A stretch of 61,350 nt of DNA, counting the filler, from Hausera hauseri (taxonomy: Eukaryota): the NCBI GenBank assembly GCA_046269625.1. It is 10 parts of 10 records of this genome, joined end to end, with 100 filler letters (N's around TTAATTAATTAA, not from the genome) between each part and the next. Parts side by side here need not be neighbours in the genome. Positions count along the whole stretch, not along the records: positions 19,720 to 28,256 come from JBJURY010610999.1; positions 28,357 to 33,994 come from JBJURY010215966.1; positions 34,095 to 38,232 come from JBJURY010739210.1; 7 more parts are not named here. One strand, written 5' to 3'. Numbering within the stretch: position 1 is the stretch's first letter; every line of letters starts with the position of its first letter. Both the position numbers and the translations under genes were made by a program. This document shows, in pieces, positions 23,656-34,677 of the stretch. Under the pieces are notes generated by a model. That model did not search any database. It saw nothing but the letters and a program-made list of their open reading frames with translations, and was not told the origin of the DNA.

Positions 23656-23852
23656 TGATTTCTTTAATTTCTGGCCATAACATATATGGAAGTGTAATAT
23701 TTTAAATGTCTGGTACCTTTCGCTCTGCTTGATCCAAATAATTACTTGTTATGAAGGGCTTTTCCAGGATTGAACTATTGGATGGCGGTTTAGGTTCAAC
23801 TTGATGGTGTTCTATTATGGGTTTTGCCATTAATAAGCTCGTGAAGGCTGAT

Positions 23853-26438
23853 TTAGTTTTGTTCATTGAAAGTTACTGAATGACGGAGTGAAGCACTTCT
23901 TTCGTCGTTGTTACACTTCCTATTATCACAAGAGATTCCTTTCTCTTTTATGGAACTATCATAAGATGGTATTGTTGATTTCGACTTTCTTTCAGTGGAA
24001 TATTTGGAATATTCTGGTGTCGTATTTTTGTCATATATAAATGGGGAAGTGTTTCTATTAGATGATGAGTCATTTCGTCTAAAACTATAACCTGACGGTT
24101 GGGTATATCTATCATTATTGTTATTTGGTATGAAAGAAGGGGTTCGATTTCGGTCTCTTGGAGGATATGGACTAGGATTCCTATTGTATCTATCCGATTC
24201 TCGTCGAGGTGGAGTATAGTCACGTCTTCTGTCATAGTTTCCTGATCTTAAATCATTATACCTATTTCTATTGTCATTTCCGGAATTATACCTATCTCTA
24301 CTATCACCTCGCCGGTTATCTCTTTCGCTACTATGATTTCTATTAAAGTTATTATATCTTTCTCGACTATCATCTATTCTAAACCTCTTACGACTTTCGC
24401 TTCGTCTATCATTATAATATTTAGGTCTTGATCCTTCCAAACGATTGGTTGGATATCGTGTTCGACTATCATCTCGTAGATATCGTGTTCGACTATCATT
24501 TCGTTTATAGTATGAGTTCATTGAATTGTTTCTATCCTCGTAACGACCGGAGTTTCGGTCGTTACTGTATCTTTCTCTACTAGGGAATCGGCTTCTGTTA
24601 TCATTTCGGTCTCTTGAATAGCCTCGTGATCTATATTATCTGATATCATTTCGCTGTTGATCATCATAGTTTCCCCTATTTCGTTGATATTATGTATCTC
24701 TGGTTGCTATTATAGTTTCTAGATGACTGGTTAAAACTTCCTCTCTCTGGGGTATTACTTCGCTATGGTGTATTGTTGTCTTGCCGATTAGGACTTTGGC
24801 TTCTCGAAGAATCTCTCCAGGGTGAACTGCTACAATTTGGTACATCTGGCCTCACTAGTAATGGTGTCGTAGCAACTGCTGCGATTTGCGTTTGATAAGT
24901 CCATAAAGGTGTTTCGTCTATCCGTGTTGCCATTTTCGGGTATAATCTATCAGCTCATTAATATTGTTGGATGTATGAAATTTAACTCTTTCTCGTAAGG
25001 GTGGTAAGAGTCCAAGTACGAATTGTTTCGTGATCATGGCACCAAAAGCGTTTGCGTTATGGCCAAAATATCTAGTCATTGCTGTATTAAACCTATTGAT
25101 ATAGGTCAAAACTTCTTCATTTAATTTTTGTTTACAATTTTGGAATTCTAAATATTTTTTTTATCTTTCCGATTTTGTAAGATCCTTTCTGTATGTTGTA
25201 TCCAGGTTTCATTTACTCGTGCACGTAGACGGGTATTGCCATTCTCAAATCGTTATTCACATGTACTGGTAAGAGTGATATCTTCTTGACATCATTCCAA
25301 TGCATGGCTGTAGCTAGAGAATCATATTCATCCAACAAATCTTCCAAGTCTGATACTCGTCCTTCATATGGTTGAAGACAGGGAAGCATCTGATATTTCT
25401 CTTCTCTTCTTTCGTTACTATTTGGTAAAACGTAACCGGCATTATTATTAGGGTCGTAGTTACGCTCATTTTGATGAGCTAACAAGTCTCGGTTATTCCT
25501 TAGTGGATCCATGTTGTTGCTATCAGTGTCAGAAATTTCACAAGGTATGGAACTTAGTTCCACGGAGAACTCTGGTGATTGTACTTCTTCCTGCTGTTGA
25601 GTTATCATTTTCTTTGTCCTTACTTGTTTTAGACGTTCGTTTAATTGATTTATACCTCGAGTTAACGTTTCTATTTAATTTCTGGTATAAGTGTTTTCTA
25701 CTTGTATTTGCTCCTGCTCGCATACTATGATCGCAACTTCATTTTGTATTCCACCTAACCTTTGACTCACTTGCCTCTCATTATAATCGGTCTGTTCTCT
25801 ATTTCTATGTATTGCTGCTATATTGCCAATAGTCTGTTGTCGTATATCACATATTTGTCTGGAGTGGATGTTAACTTCTCGTGCAAGTTGGCCAGTCCTC
25901 TCCTCCAATTCGTTCAAGTCTATATTATTATCACTCACCTTTTGCTCTATTTGGGTGGTTATTTCTTCAACTCTGTCCAATCTTGTACTATTATTCTCTG
26001 TTATATCCCCTCATTTTTGTCGGGGTATATCTTGTATTTCTTCAATTAATTGTCGTATACTATCGTCCGTTCGATTCTGTCTTATTCTTAGATCATTCAC
26101 GTTCACCTGATGTACTTCATAACGTGTTCGACATTCAGATTCCTGGTTAACTATCCTCTGTACCAATTGTCGTGGATTAGGTACGTTACGATATTGCCCT
26201 ATAAGCGGCCTTCTTCGACCACTGACTTCGCTTACCCAGTGGTGCTGTACCGGGGTGGGGACAGTTGTAATGAATCGATATCGATTAATGATTCTGGAGC
26301 TGATGCAGCTCTTAAGGCGTCCAAACTAGAGGCGGAACTAATATTTTCTTCGTTTGAATTAATTTCATTAATTGCCGTTAATTGATTCCGTGCTAGTCGT
26401 CCTCGGGATCGGGTATTGTATTGATGTCCCTGCGCCAT
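23853..26438 (-). pseudogene. gag: Gag: coiled coil, capsid, long RS/RD-rich basic region
   Basis: MAQGHQYNTRS start; coiled coil 25980-25675; LQPYEG..DEYDSLATAMHWNDVKKISLL; QKLNEEVLTYINRF..QFVLGL; RS-rich 24800-23853. Confidence 0.82.
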
Positions 26439-26473
26439 TGTTATTAAGGAAAACTAAGTTGTTATCCATATTA

Positions 26474-27001
26474 TTATATGTATATAGTACAAGCTTGTTC
26501 TATAGGTAATTCACACACAGCACATCTTAATAATATAGAATCCTTAGGAACACAGTTTTTACAATGAATAATGTGTCCTCATGGCAGATAAATCGTATTC
26601 GATTGATTTTTTCTACAAATTAAACAAGTCCAAATTGTTCGGCCAATATCTGTGTATCTTTATCAACCTCTTCCTCTTTTTCCTTTAATATTAAAATCAA
26701 GTGTAGAATCCTTTGATAATAACCGTCATCCATTAATTGCATTTCATATATATATTGGTAATCATTCCAGGTAATGCTTCATACTCTGCATTCTCATTAA
26801 TTTTAATTTGGGGTATCCTTGCTCGGTTATTCGGTTGAGTAAAGGATTGTTATACAAATTGTACCATTCATACACTAATTTAGGTGGCTAATTTTTTATT
26901 GTCCGTAATTGGGTTGTGCAGTTATTAAGATTGGCCAGAGTCTTACTGTTGTTGTCCAGAAATTCTACAATAAATTCATTCAATTTTATTACTAAACTCA
27001 T
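26474..27001 (-). pseudogene. UBA-like plus IAP-type RING finger protein (not in ORF track)
   Basis: ATG at 27001; NPLLNRITEQGYP (UBA-like); WTCLICRKNQSNTIYLP*GHIIHCKNCVPKDSILLRCAVCELPIEQACTIYI*. Confidence 0.78.
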
Positions 27002-27050
27002 ATATAAACTAATAAACATTTATTCAGATAAGATTTATACTAAATGTTAA

Positions 27051-28256
27051 TTAATGTTCGTCGATGGAATCATCTTCATTATTCTCTTCTGAAAACTGAA
27101 AATACGTTATTCGTCTTTCTATAAGACTTCTGCAGACTGGGCAATTCATTATTTGATCTGAGCATTTCTCACCCGTTTTTAGATGACCCCACGGCAAAAG
27201 GATAACCTGTGCTACGTCTACGTAGCAGATTACACATTCGAGATCGCGTAGATAGAGTTTTTCAAGAATATTTCGTTCGGGTTCTCTCCCTTTCTCCAGG
27301 GAAATAAAATTCAAGTTCTGAAGTAATTCGAACGCATTTGGCGACCAATCTGGTTGAGTTTCTGTTCGATTATTAATATACTGTAGGATATTCTCGAGCT
27401 TTGCCGGATGTCGAGATATTATTGATGTAGCTACTGGGCTACCCTGATAACTTTCATATAGGTTTCCGATATTGAATTGTACTTAACATTGTTTCTTCGT
27501 ATGATTTCCTGATCTTTTATATATGGAATATTCACATTTATTGGTATGTAATATTTTCGGACATCGTTGATCAATATTTTCCAACCAGTACGTTTCTTTT
27601 AGACATAGTACATTTAACATATTGTGCTTCTTCTTTGAATATCAATATCACTCCTTGTCTGGCTAAATCTTCAATATGTTTATTTCTTTCCAAAGTTAAT
27701 TTTCTCTTCTATACGGTATTTGAAATCAAATGTGCATTTTCTTCCACCTCTGTGTTATCCGTTGAATAAACCATTCGCACTGGTATTATCGCAACGTAAT
27801 CGGTATCCCGATACAAATCAGGTTGTTTATCAAAAATATCTGTAAACGGTATATTGCTGACGTTGATATTCAATAAATAGGGACAGGTAGAATATAGTTT
27901 CTTATGTATCTCTTTTGGTCGATCTTTCATCTGTTTATATTGGAATTGTCCCTGGCAATAAAAGCATTTAATCTGTCCTGTTGTAGTACGAAATAATCCG
28001 GCTTTAGTATACAATTGCGCTAATTCTCCTGGAACGGGTGAATTTGGGTACTTTAAGAACGATATTTTTCTATTTTATGTGTCTCTCATGGAGTTATCTA
28101 ATACTCTTATTTTGGAGTAATTTATTATTCGTTTAACGAATGACACTGGTCCGTACTGTCTATTTTGGTAATGTAATAGATATTGTATTGTATTAAAATG
28201 GATTGATTTCTGATCCTCATATTGTTTGGGTGTTTGGAGTTTTATATCTTTCACCT
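27051..28256 (-). pseudogene. iap: Inhibitor of apoptosis protein (BIR-BIR-UBA-RING), intronless
   Basis: BIR1 NRKISF..YP..AGLF..KCFYC-x16-H-x6-CPYL; degenerate BIR2 DLARQG..VKC..W.E..H...CEY; UBA-like SPVATSII..FELLQNL; RING CVIC..LPWGHL..CPVCRSLI. Confidence 0.9.
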
Positions 28257-28356
28257 NNNNNNNNNNNNNNNNNNNNNNNNNNNNNNNNNNNNNNNNNNNN
28301 TTAATTAATTAANNNNNNNNNNNNNNNNNNNNNNNNNNNNNNNNNNNNNNNNNNNN
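28257..28356. other. Artificial contig linker
   Basis: N44-TTAATTAATTAA-N44. Confidence 0.99.
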
Positions 28357-28869
28357 ACCATACACACTAGTAACACGGACATTGCTTACACCTTCTATAT
28401 GTCTCTATTCTCCTTCCTACACACTCCCGACTTTTATTTGTCGCACCATGGTTCTGTGCTACATCCATATTACTCACTTTCTTCCTTCGCTTCTCCGATC
28501 ATTCATATCACCCTTCACTTTCACATCCGAGGCGGTTCGGTCCCTGATCCTTCTACTAAAAAATCCTCCAAAACAAGACTTGGTCGTCGCCCTGCTGACT
28601 CTTCACAATTTGCTTCCCCTAATCTTCCTGGCACAGAGTTCTTCCTCGATAAAACTAATTCAAGCCGCACTTGGCTGCAATTTCATTTACAATGGCTTAC
28701 AGCCAGTCATATTACCGATTCTTTCTTGCGCGCTAACAGCTTGTTACTTCCTCTCCCAGCAAATATCAAGCATCAAATCAATAATATTGTTGATATCCTT
28801 ACTTTGCCAACACCATATGACATGCTTTATGAGTTTGTTCTTCATATTACCGATCCATCGATTGATAAT

Positions 28870-29365
28870 ATAAAACTGTGGTGCCCACATTGACTCATTT
28901 AAGAAAAAAACTATGGAATTAGCAAATAAAATCATTTGTAAAGTTATCATAAATTTATATAATTTAAAAATGAATAAGTGTCGTAATTGCAGATTTTGCG
29001 ATACCCGCCAATCTAGTGTTGTTTAAATAAAAAAAATTTGAGATTAAAAAATTTAAAAAAGTAGATTTTCAGTTTTTTTTTCATTCTGCCATTTTTATTT
29101 ATCAAAGAAATGAAGTAACCTTTTTATTCAATGCCTGTACAGACTCATTTTTTGTTGGGAACAAGGTTCTGTTTAGAACAAACTGTCGATGCTGATCATT
29201 TTTGCAAATCTTTAAAATCCCCCTTGACCATTTTTGCAGAAACTCTGGGAGACTCATAACCTTTCTCGGGGGTAGGTTAGAACTCCCTACAAATGCGGCT
29301 AACTTCTTGATGCTATTCAACTCTGATTTGAATCAGAACGAATTGGAGATAAAGTTCAAACTTAA
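28870..29365. mobile_element. Insertion splitting gag of element E, possible Helitron remnants
   Basis: Gag stops at DPSID and resumes at IQKYFNEHSISNQKPS. The insert has a degenerate GC hairpin plus CTAG-T (28988-29017) and minus-strand NRTLFPTKNESVQALN resembling a PIF1 helicase motif. Confidence 0.45.
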
Positions 29366-32300
29366 CAAATACAGAAGTACTTTAACGAACATTCTATAAG
29401 CAATCAAAAGCCTTCTGACTTTCTGCAGACCTATATTTCACACATAAGTGCTCTTGGCGTTACCTCCACCAACAATGCGGACTTGATTCGTCATTATTTC
29501 CTCTCCTCCTTGCCCATTTCCATCAGAGCTCTCCTTACTGTCGTTGACGACTCGACGGCGATTAAAAAACTTGCCCTATTGGCTGATAAAAGTTTCGAAA
29601 TTTTACAAACTAACAACTCACAACCCGTAGCTGCAGCAACCACGCATACTCCATTGCACGTAGACACGACTGTTTTCGCATAGCAACTACAATTAATGCA
29701 GAAACAATACGATACTCTACAACATTCAATTTCCGCCATCACGGCCCAACTAAGTAATCTGTCTATGTCTCGGCGAGGGGAGACCCGTGCATCGCGTGAG
29801 CATAGCCTCTCCAGGCACTCATTTCGTTCAAAATCTCTTGGCGGACGAATGATTTGTTTTTATCACAATAAATTTCGTAGAAACGCAGAAAAATGTCTAT
29901 TGGGCTGTAAATTTTATGACGAGCATTTTGCGGTGGACAGCCCTATCTGTATTTACCACGCAAAATTCCACTATCTTGCCAAATCGTGTATACCGGGATG
30001 TAAACTAAACAAAAACAACTTCAGTTTTTATTCATCTTCTTCTCCTCCTTTTTTTATCATTCATCTACTTTTCCTCCACAATCTTCAAAAACTAAAAAGG
30101 GCGCCAGATGTCACTGCACATTCTGGCATAGGTAATACCGCTCAGTCTTCTGGCAGTCTTAACACCGCCTCCGCAGTTTTTCTGTTAAAAGTTGCACTGT
30201 TGTCTAGCAGTGCTCCACATATCGATTTTCTTATCGATCCAGGAGCTGACTTGTTACTCGTCCCTTTGTCCTTCGTCCCTACACCCACTGCAGTTTCTTC
30301 TCCCCCGCTTTTCACTGCCAGTGGCCAACCTTTGACAATCGCAGGTACCACGGAACTGATTTTTACGTTTTCAAACTTATTAGGCAAGTTTGTCTGAAAA
30401 TTCCACATGGCCAATATTAAATCGCCAATAATCGGCTCAGCATTTGGCCTCACACGACCTGCTAGTTGACTGCAAGTATGGCTGTTTGCTACGTAGAGAC
30501 TCCGTCGAGAACGATAACAATTGCCTACCAGACAGCTCAACAGGCACTTAGTCTGCGAACTTACATGTGAATTTGACAAATTCCTCGTCGGTTAATAACA
30601 ATTCATTTAGTAGTTTATCTATTTTCTCAATTACATTTCAAACATCAAAGTAAACTTTAAAACAATCCGTTAAAACGAATGTTAATGGCGGCGATGTCGT
30701 TCGTTCTTCGCCAATCACAGTGACCTCCTCTTTTGATAATATGCCTCAATCATTTTTATCACTAGATTCCAATCTCAAATCCTACATCATTTCTTCTTGT
30801 TCTCGCATACTCAAAAAGGACTCTAGTTTTATGCCCCCGTCAACAACTTATCACCACATTGTCACCCAACACCAAAGACCTATCAGAAAAAAGGTGCGAC
30901 CATTATCACCTCGTAGACAAAAAGCCGTGGAATTAGAGTTTAACGAACTCGAAAAATCTGGTATCATTCGGAGTTCAAAATCAACATGGGCTTTACTATT
31001 ACATGTAGTATCAAAAATACGGTATTTTTCGACCATGTGGCGACTACCGTCAAGTAAGCAATCTAACCATCATGGACGTTTACGCAGTATCGCTCATAAA
31101 AGACATCCTGCACAGTCTTAACAACACCAATACGTATTCCACAATACATATGCACATAGCCTGCCATCAAATTCCCTTTGCACCCGATGACATTTCAAAA
31201 CTGCTGTCAACATCCATTTGACCTGTACTAATACATCTTTATGCCATTTGGTTTACGTAACGCAGCCCAAACCTTTTAACGCCACATCGACACCGTTCTC
31301 TCATGCCTTGGTTTTGCTCATCCGTACATCGATGACATATTAGTTGCCTCCAAATCCGTCAAACAACACCGTGAACATCTCCGAATTATTTTTCACAGAC
31401 TACATCATAGCAACTTACAAATTAACTTCTCAAAGTGCAGATTCTTTCAGAAACCTGTCAATTTCTTAGGCCACATCATCACTCCGCACGGCCATTCTCC
31501 ACAACCTGATCGACTACAGAAATTGAAAAATGTAACAGTACCAACGACCACTAGAGATGTGAGGAGTTTTCTTGGCACAATTCATTTCGTCCATAAATAT
31601 GTACCGCATTGCTCTAAGCTTACAGCACCTTTCGCACACCTCTCATCTGGAAAGAAAAGGCAGTTAATACAGTGGACTCCTGATTTAGTCAACAAATTTG
31701 ATTACTTACGTGAAGGCCTAAAAATCGTCGAAATACTGACTTATCTAAAACCGGACGGGGAACTGATACTCACCACCGATGCCTTTACCACAGCTACTGG
31801 TGCAATACTACACCAGATTTCCAATGGCGTCGATGAACCTTTAGAATTTTACTTTCGAAAATTGACACAACCAGAAAGCCGATATGCAACATTTGATCGT
31901 AAGGTACTAGCCATATTTCTGGAAGTAAAACATTTCAAGCATCTCTTCTCTCCTCCATTTATCATCCAAAAGGACTACAAGCCTCTACTTCACATCATGT
32001 CACTAAAACAGCCATCACCGATACAGGAACGAAAGATATCGTACCTATCTACATTTAGCTTCGTCATAAAGTATATTTCAGATACTAAGAATTTGGTCGC
32101 GGATTTCCTGTCGCAGTCGATCAGCTCAATTACGGTTAAATCAATATTTTCTATCGAAATTCTAAAGCTCAATCAGCCGTCTGCTGATATTCTTAGCTCT
32201 TTCAAATCCTTCGAAATCATTGATGTCATTGCATACTACACATCTAACCATGGTAATAAAATAATCATTCTTGCTCCTTCTTTGCAGAAACCAGCTTTCC

Positions 32301-33778
32301 TTCACATGCATTCACTTCATCATCCAGGCTCGAAAGCCACGTTTCGCTTGGTCCAACATCATCTAGTTTGGCCATTAATGCGCACACATATACAGGGTTT
32401 GGTTAAGGAATGCGTAGCCTGTCCAAAATACAAAGTGAACAAACATCTTAAACCGCCGCTTTACCATTTTCCCTGTACGCCACGTTTTCCTACCGTCCAT
32501 CGTGATCTCGTTGGACCCTTACCTTCTGACAACGGGTACCAGCATATTTCCACTATGATGAATTGTGATTCTCGCTGGCCTGAAGCCGTTTCTCTCCTTT
32601 CAACAAAACTGATACAGTAGCAGATGCCTTCATTAAAATCTGGATCAGTGGTTTTGGATCCCCGCGGCACACCATAACGGGCCAAAGTCGGCAGTTCAAA
32701 TCGGAACTGTTTAAGTCGCTTGTTAAACGCTTGGGGATATCACATTTCCATACATTGCCGTACCATCTACAATCAAATGGCCTTCTTGAAAGATTCCATT
32801 GAACAATAAAAATTTCTTTAAAAATCTTGTCAGACAATCATCGAAATTTGACATCCATCCTACCATTTTTTCTACTCGGTTGCCGCAACACTTCTTCCAC
32901 CACCACTGGTTGTGCTCCAGCCGAGGCATTTTTTGGAGTCTAATACGGGCTCTGTTCGAACTTTCTCACTCGACGACAATCCGACAGACAAAAACATTCG
33001 CGCGGCACAGTCTCACTTCGTTGAGGTCAGCTAATACTCGTTCTGCCGCCTATTCAACAATAACAAATCGTACATTCCGAAGGATTTATACTCAGCCAAG
33101 TTTTTATGGCTGAAGGATCAATCACCTTCGGGTTTTCGACCTCAGTATGTTGGCCCATACAAACTGCTTCACCTCTCATCTCATACAGCTACCATCTTAC
33201 GCCAAGACAAACCCTACAACGTCAACATTTCGAATCTTAAGCCCGCTTTCTTCGTTGACGACAATCCGGATGCCGATTATACTTCCAACCCTAACTCAAC
33301 TCTCACTCCTTCCATTCCTTCCTCAAACTTTCTCCACGACTTCCCTCCGTTGCATCACACTTTTCTCTCACATTAAATCATCCTCATCTTTCGCACCGCT
33401 TACTGTACCTACATTGCTTATTCCGTTTTCTCCGCCCGCCCTCTCCCCCTCTTTCACCATCTCCACCGCCTTCAGTTTCTTCGCCTGTTTTGCTTGATTT
33501 ATTCTCTTCACCATCTTCAACATCTTCATCACAAGTAACACAGCGTGTTGAATCAGAAAACCTTACAAAGCGTCTACCACAAAATATCATTCAACAGCCA
33601 AGCACAAATCAATCAAATAAGGCATTCAGATTGATATTTAGTACCTATAGCAGGGAAAAATCCGTAGACGGAATACAACGCCTCATACACACCAAAACCC
33701 AATAGGCACCAAGCATTTTTTGCGTTTCGCCTCTTTCTGTTTTGCTTTACAGTTTGTTGTCTGCCACGGGGGGGGTGA

Positions 33779-33961
33779 TGTAGTGCCACGGTCTAGAACA
33801 TGGCCCTCCATTTTTGGCAATAGTCACCGTTTGGTACAGCTAGGCCGGCACGGTTTTCGTCCTGCCTTTTACTTTTGGCCTGTGTTTATTTGACAGCCCA
33901 ACAGTGCACATTAGTGTCAAATAAAATCAATATTCTTATTTGGCTGTTTATCAGACTACCA
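33779..33961 (+). repeat. 3' LTR of element E, after polypurine tract 33768-33778
   Basis: G8TGA PPT, then TGTAGT...ACTACCA ends with AATAAA at ~33920. Confidence 0.75.
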
Positions 33962-33994
33962 ATTATTCTATCTTTTAATTTTGAACGTTTGTTT

Positions 33995-34094
33995 NNNNNN
34001 NNNNNNNNNNNNNNNNNNNNNNNNNNNNNNNNNNNNNNTTAATTAATTAANNNNNNNNNNNNNNNNNNNNNNNNNNNNNNNNNNNNNNNNNNNN
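33995..34094. other. Artificial contig linker
   Basis: N44-TTAATTAATTAA-N44. Confidence 0.99.
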
Positions 34095-34677
34095 CAATAC
34101 AATTTATGTTCCTCTAGTTTTTCTTCAGATAATTTTCCAGTTTGGTTATAAAAATGTGAAAATTACTTCTCACATACTAATATGCTCTATTTATGTTTCT
34201 TAATAACAACAAATCCCGATGGTCTATTTTTCTTCCATTGCAAACTTTGACTCTTTTTCATCAATTGCAAAAAACATTGATTGATGTCATTGAAATTTTC
34301 AAATTTCTTGATATCTAACGATGTAGAAAATGCTATACTTGAAAATTTATATGAATGATCAAGGCTTGTTTATTGCTCAACTCGCTGTGGATTTGTATCT
34401 GCAAATTTTGATAGAATTGAATACATAAAGCATAAATCAACATTGTTCTGTACATTAATGCAAGCCTTTTTATCTTCGGTCCATTGACGCAGCTTAATGT
34501 ATGATGATCTACGCATCTGAGAATACTTGTGAATTCTCACATTGAGTCCTTTTATTTCTGAAAGCGTCCATCCGCTTTGCTTCTTGATTTGAAGGCCCTT
34601 TAAGACAGTTCACCATTCTTTTCAAAAATGGCCAACAAATAAGTTTCCATTTCATGCTGTGGTTGCATCATTTTTTG
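34095..34677 (-). pseudogene. Polinton pPolB N-terminal fragment
   Basis: Manual translation QSGWTLSEIKGLNVRIHKYSQMRRSSYIKL..DKKACINVQN..LCFMYSILS..NPQRV..IKKFE. Confidence 0.8.

Larger units (their letters stand above)
19720..28256 (-). mobile_element. Element D: large LTR-retrotransposon fragment with IAP, UBA-RING, gag, pseudo-exonuclease x2, Ubl and chuvirus-like env; pol and LTRs not on the contig
   Basis: All genes co-oriented and tightly packed; gag capsid motifs; the Ubl-GRPRK-helical-signal-glycoprotein block is collinear with element B. Confidence 0.8.
28357..33961 (+). mobile_element. Element E: CsRn1-clade-like Ty3/Gypsy retrotransposon, decayed (gag-PR-RT-RH-INT-PPT-3'LTR)
   Basis: CHCC gag motifs; FLIDPGA; RPCGDYR; MPFGLRNAAQTF; YIDD; TTDA; HPGSKAT; DLVGPLP; PPT and LTR. 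Confidence 0.92.

Noticed and set aside
26420-26446. ACA-A-TGGCGCAG on the minus strand as an LTR end plus tRNA-Ser PBS for element D
   Set aside because: Only ~8 nt match, it coincides with the gag ATG (MAQGHQYNTRS), and the upstream sequence is RING-coding rather than LTR-like.
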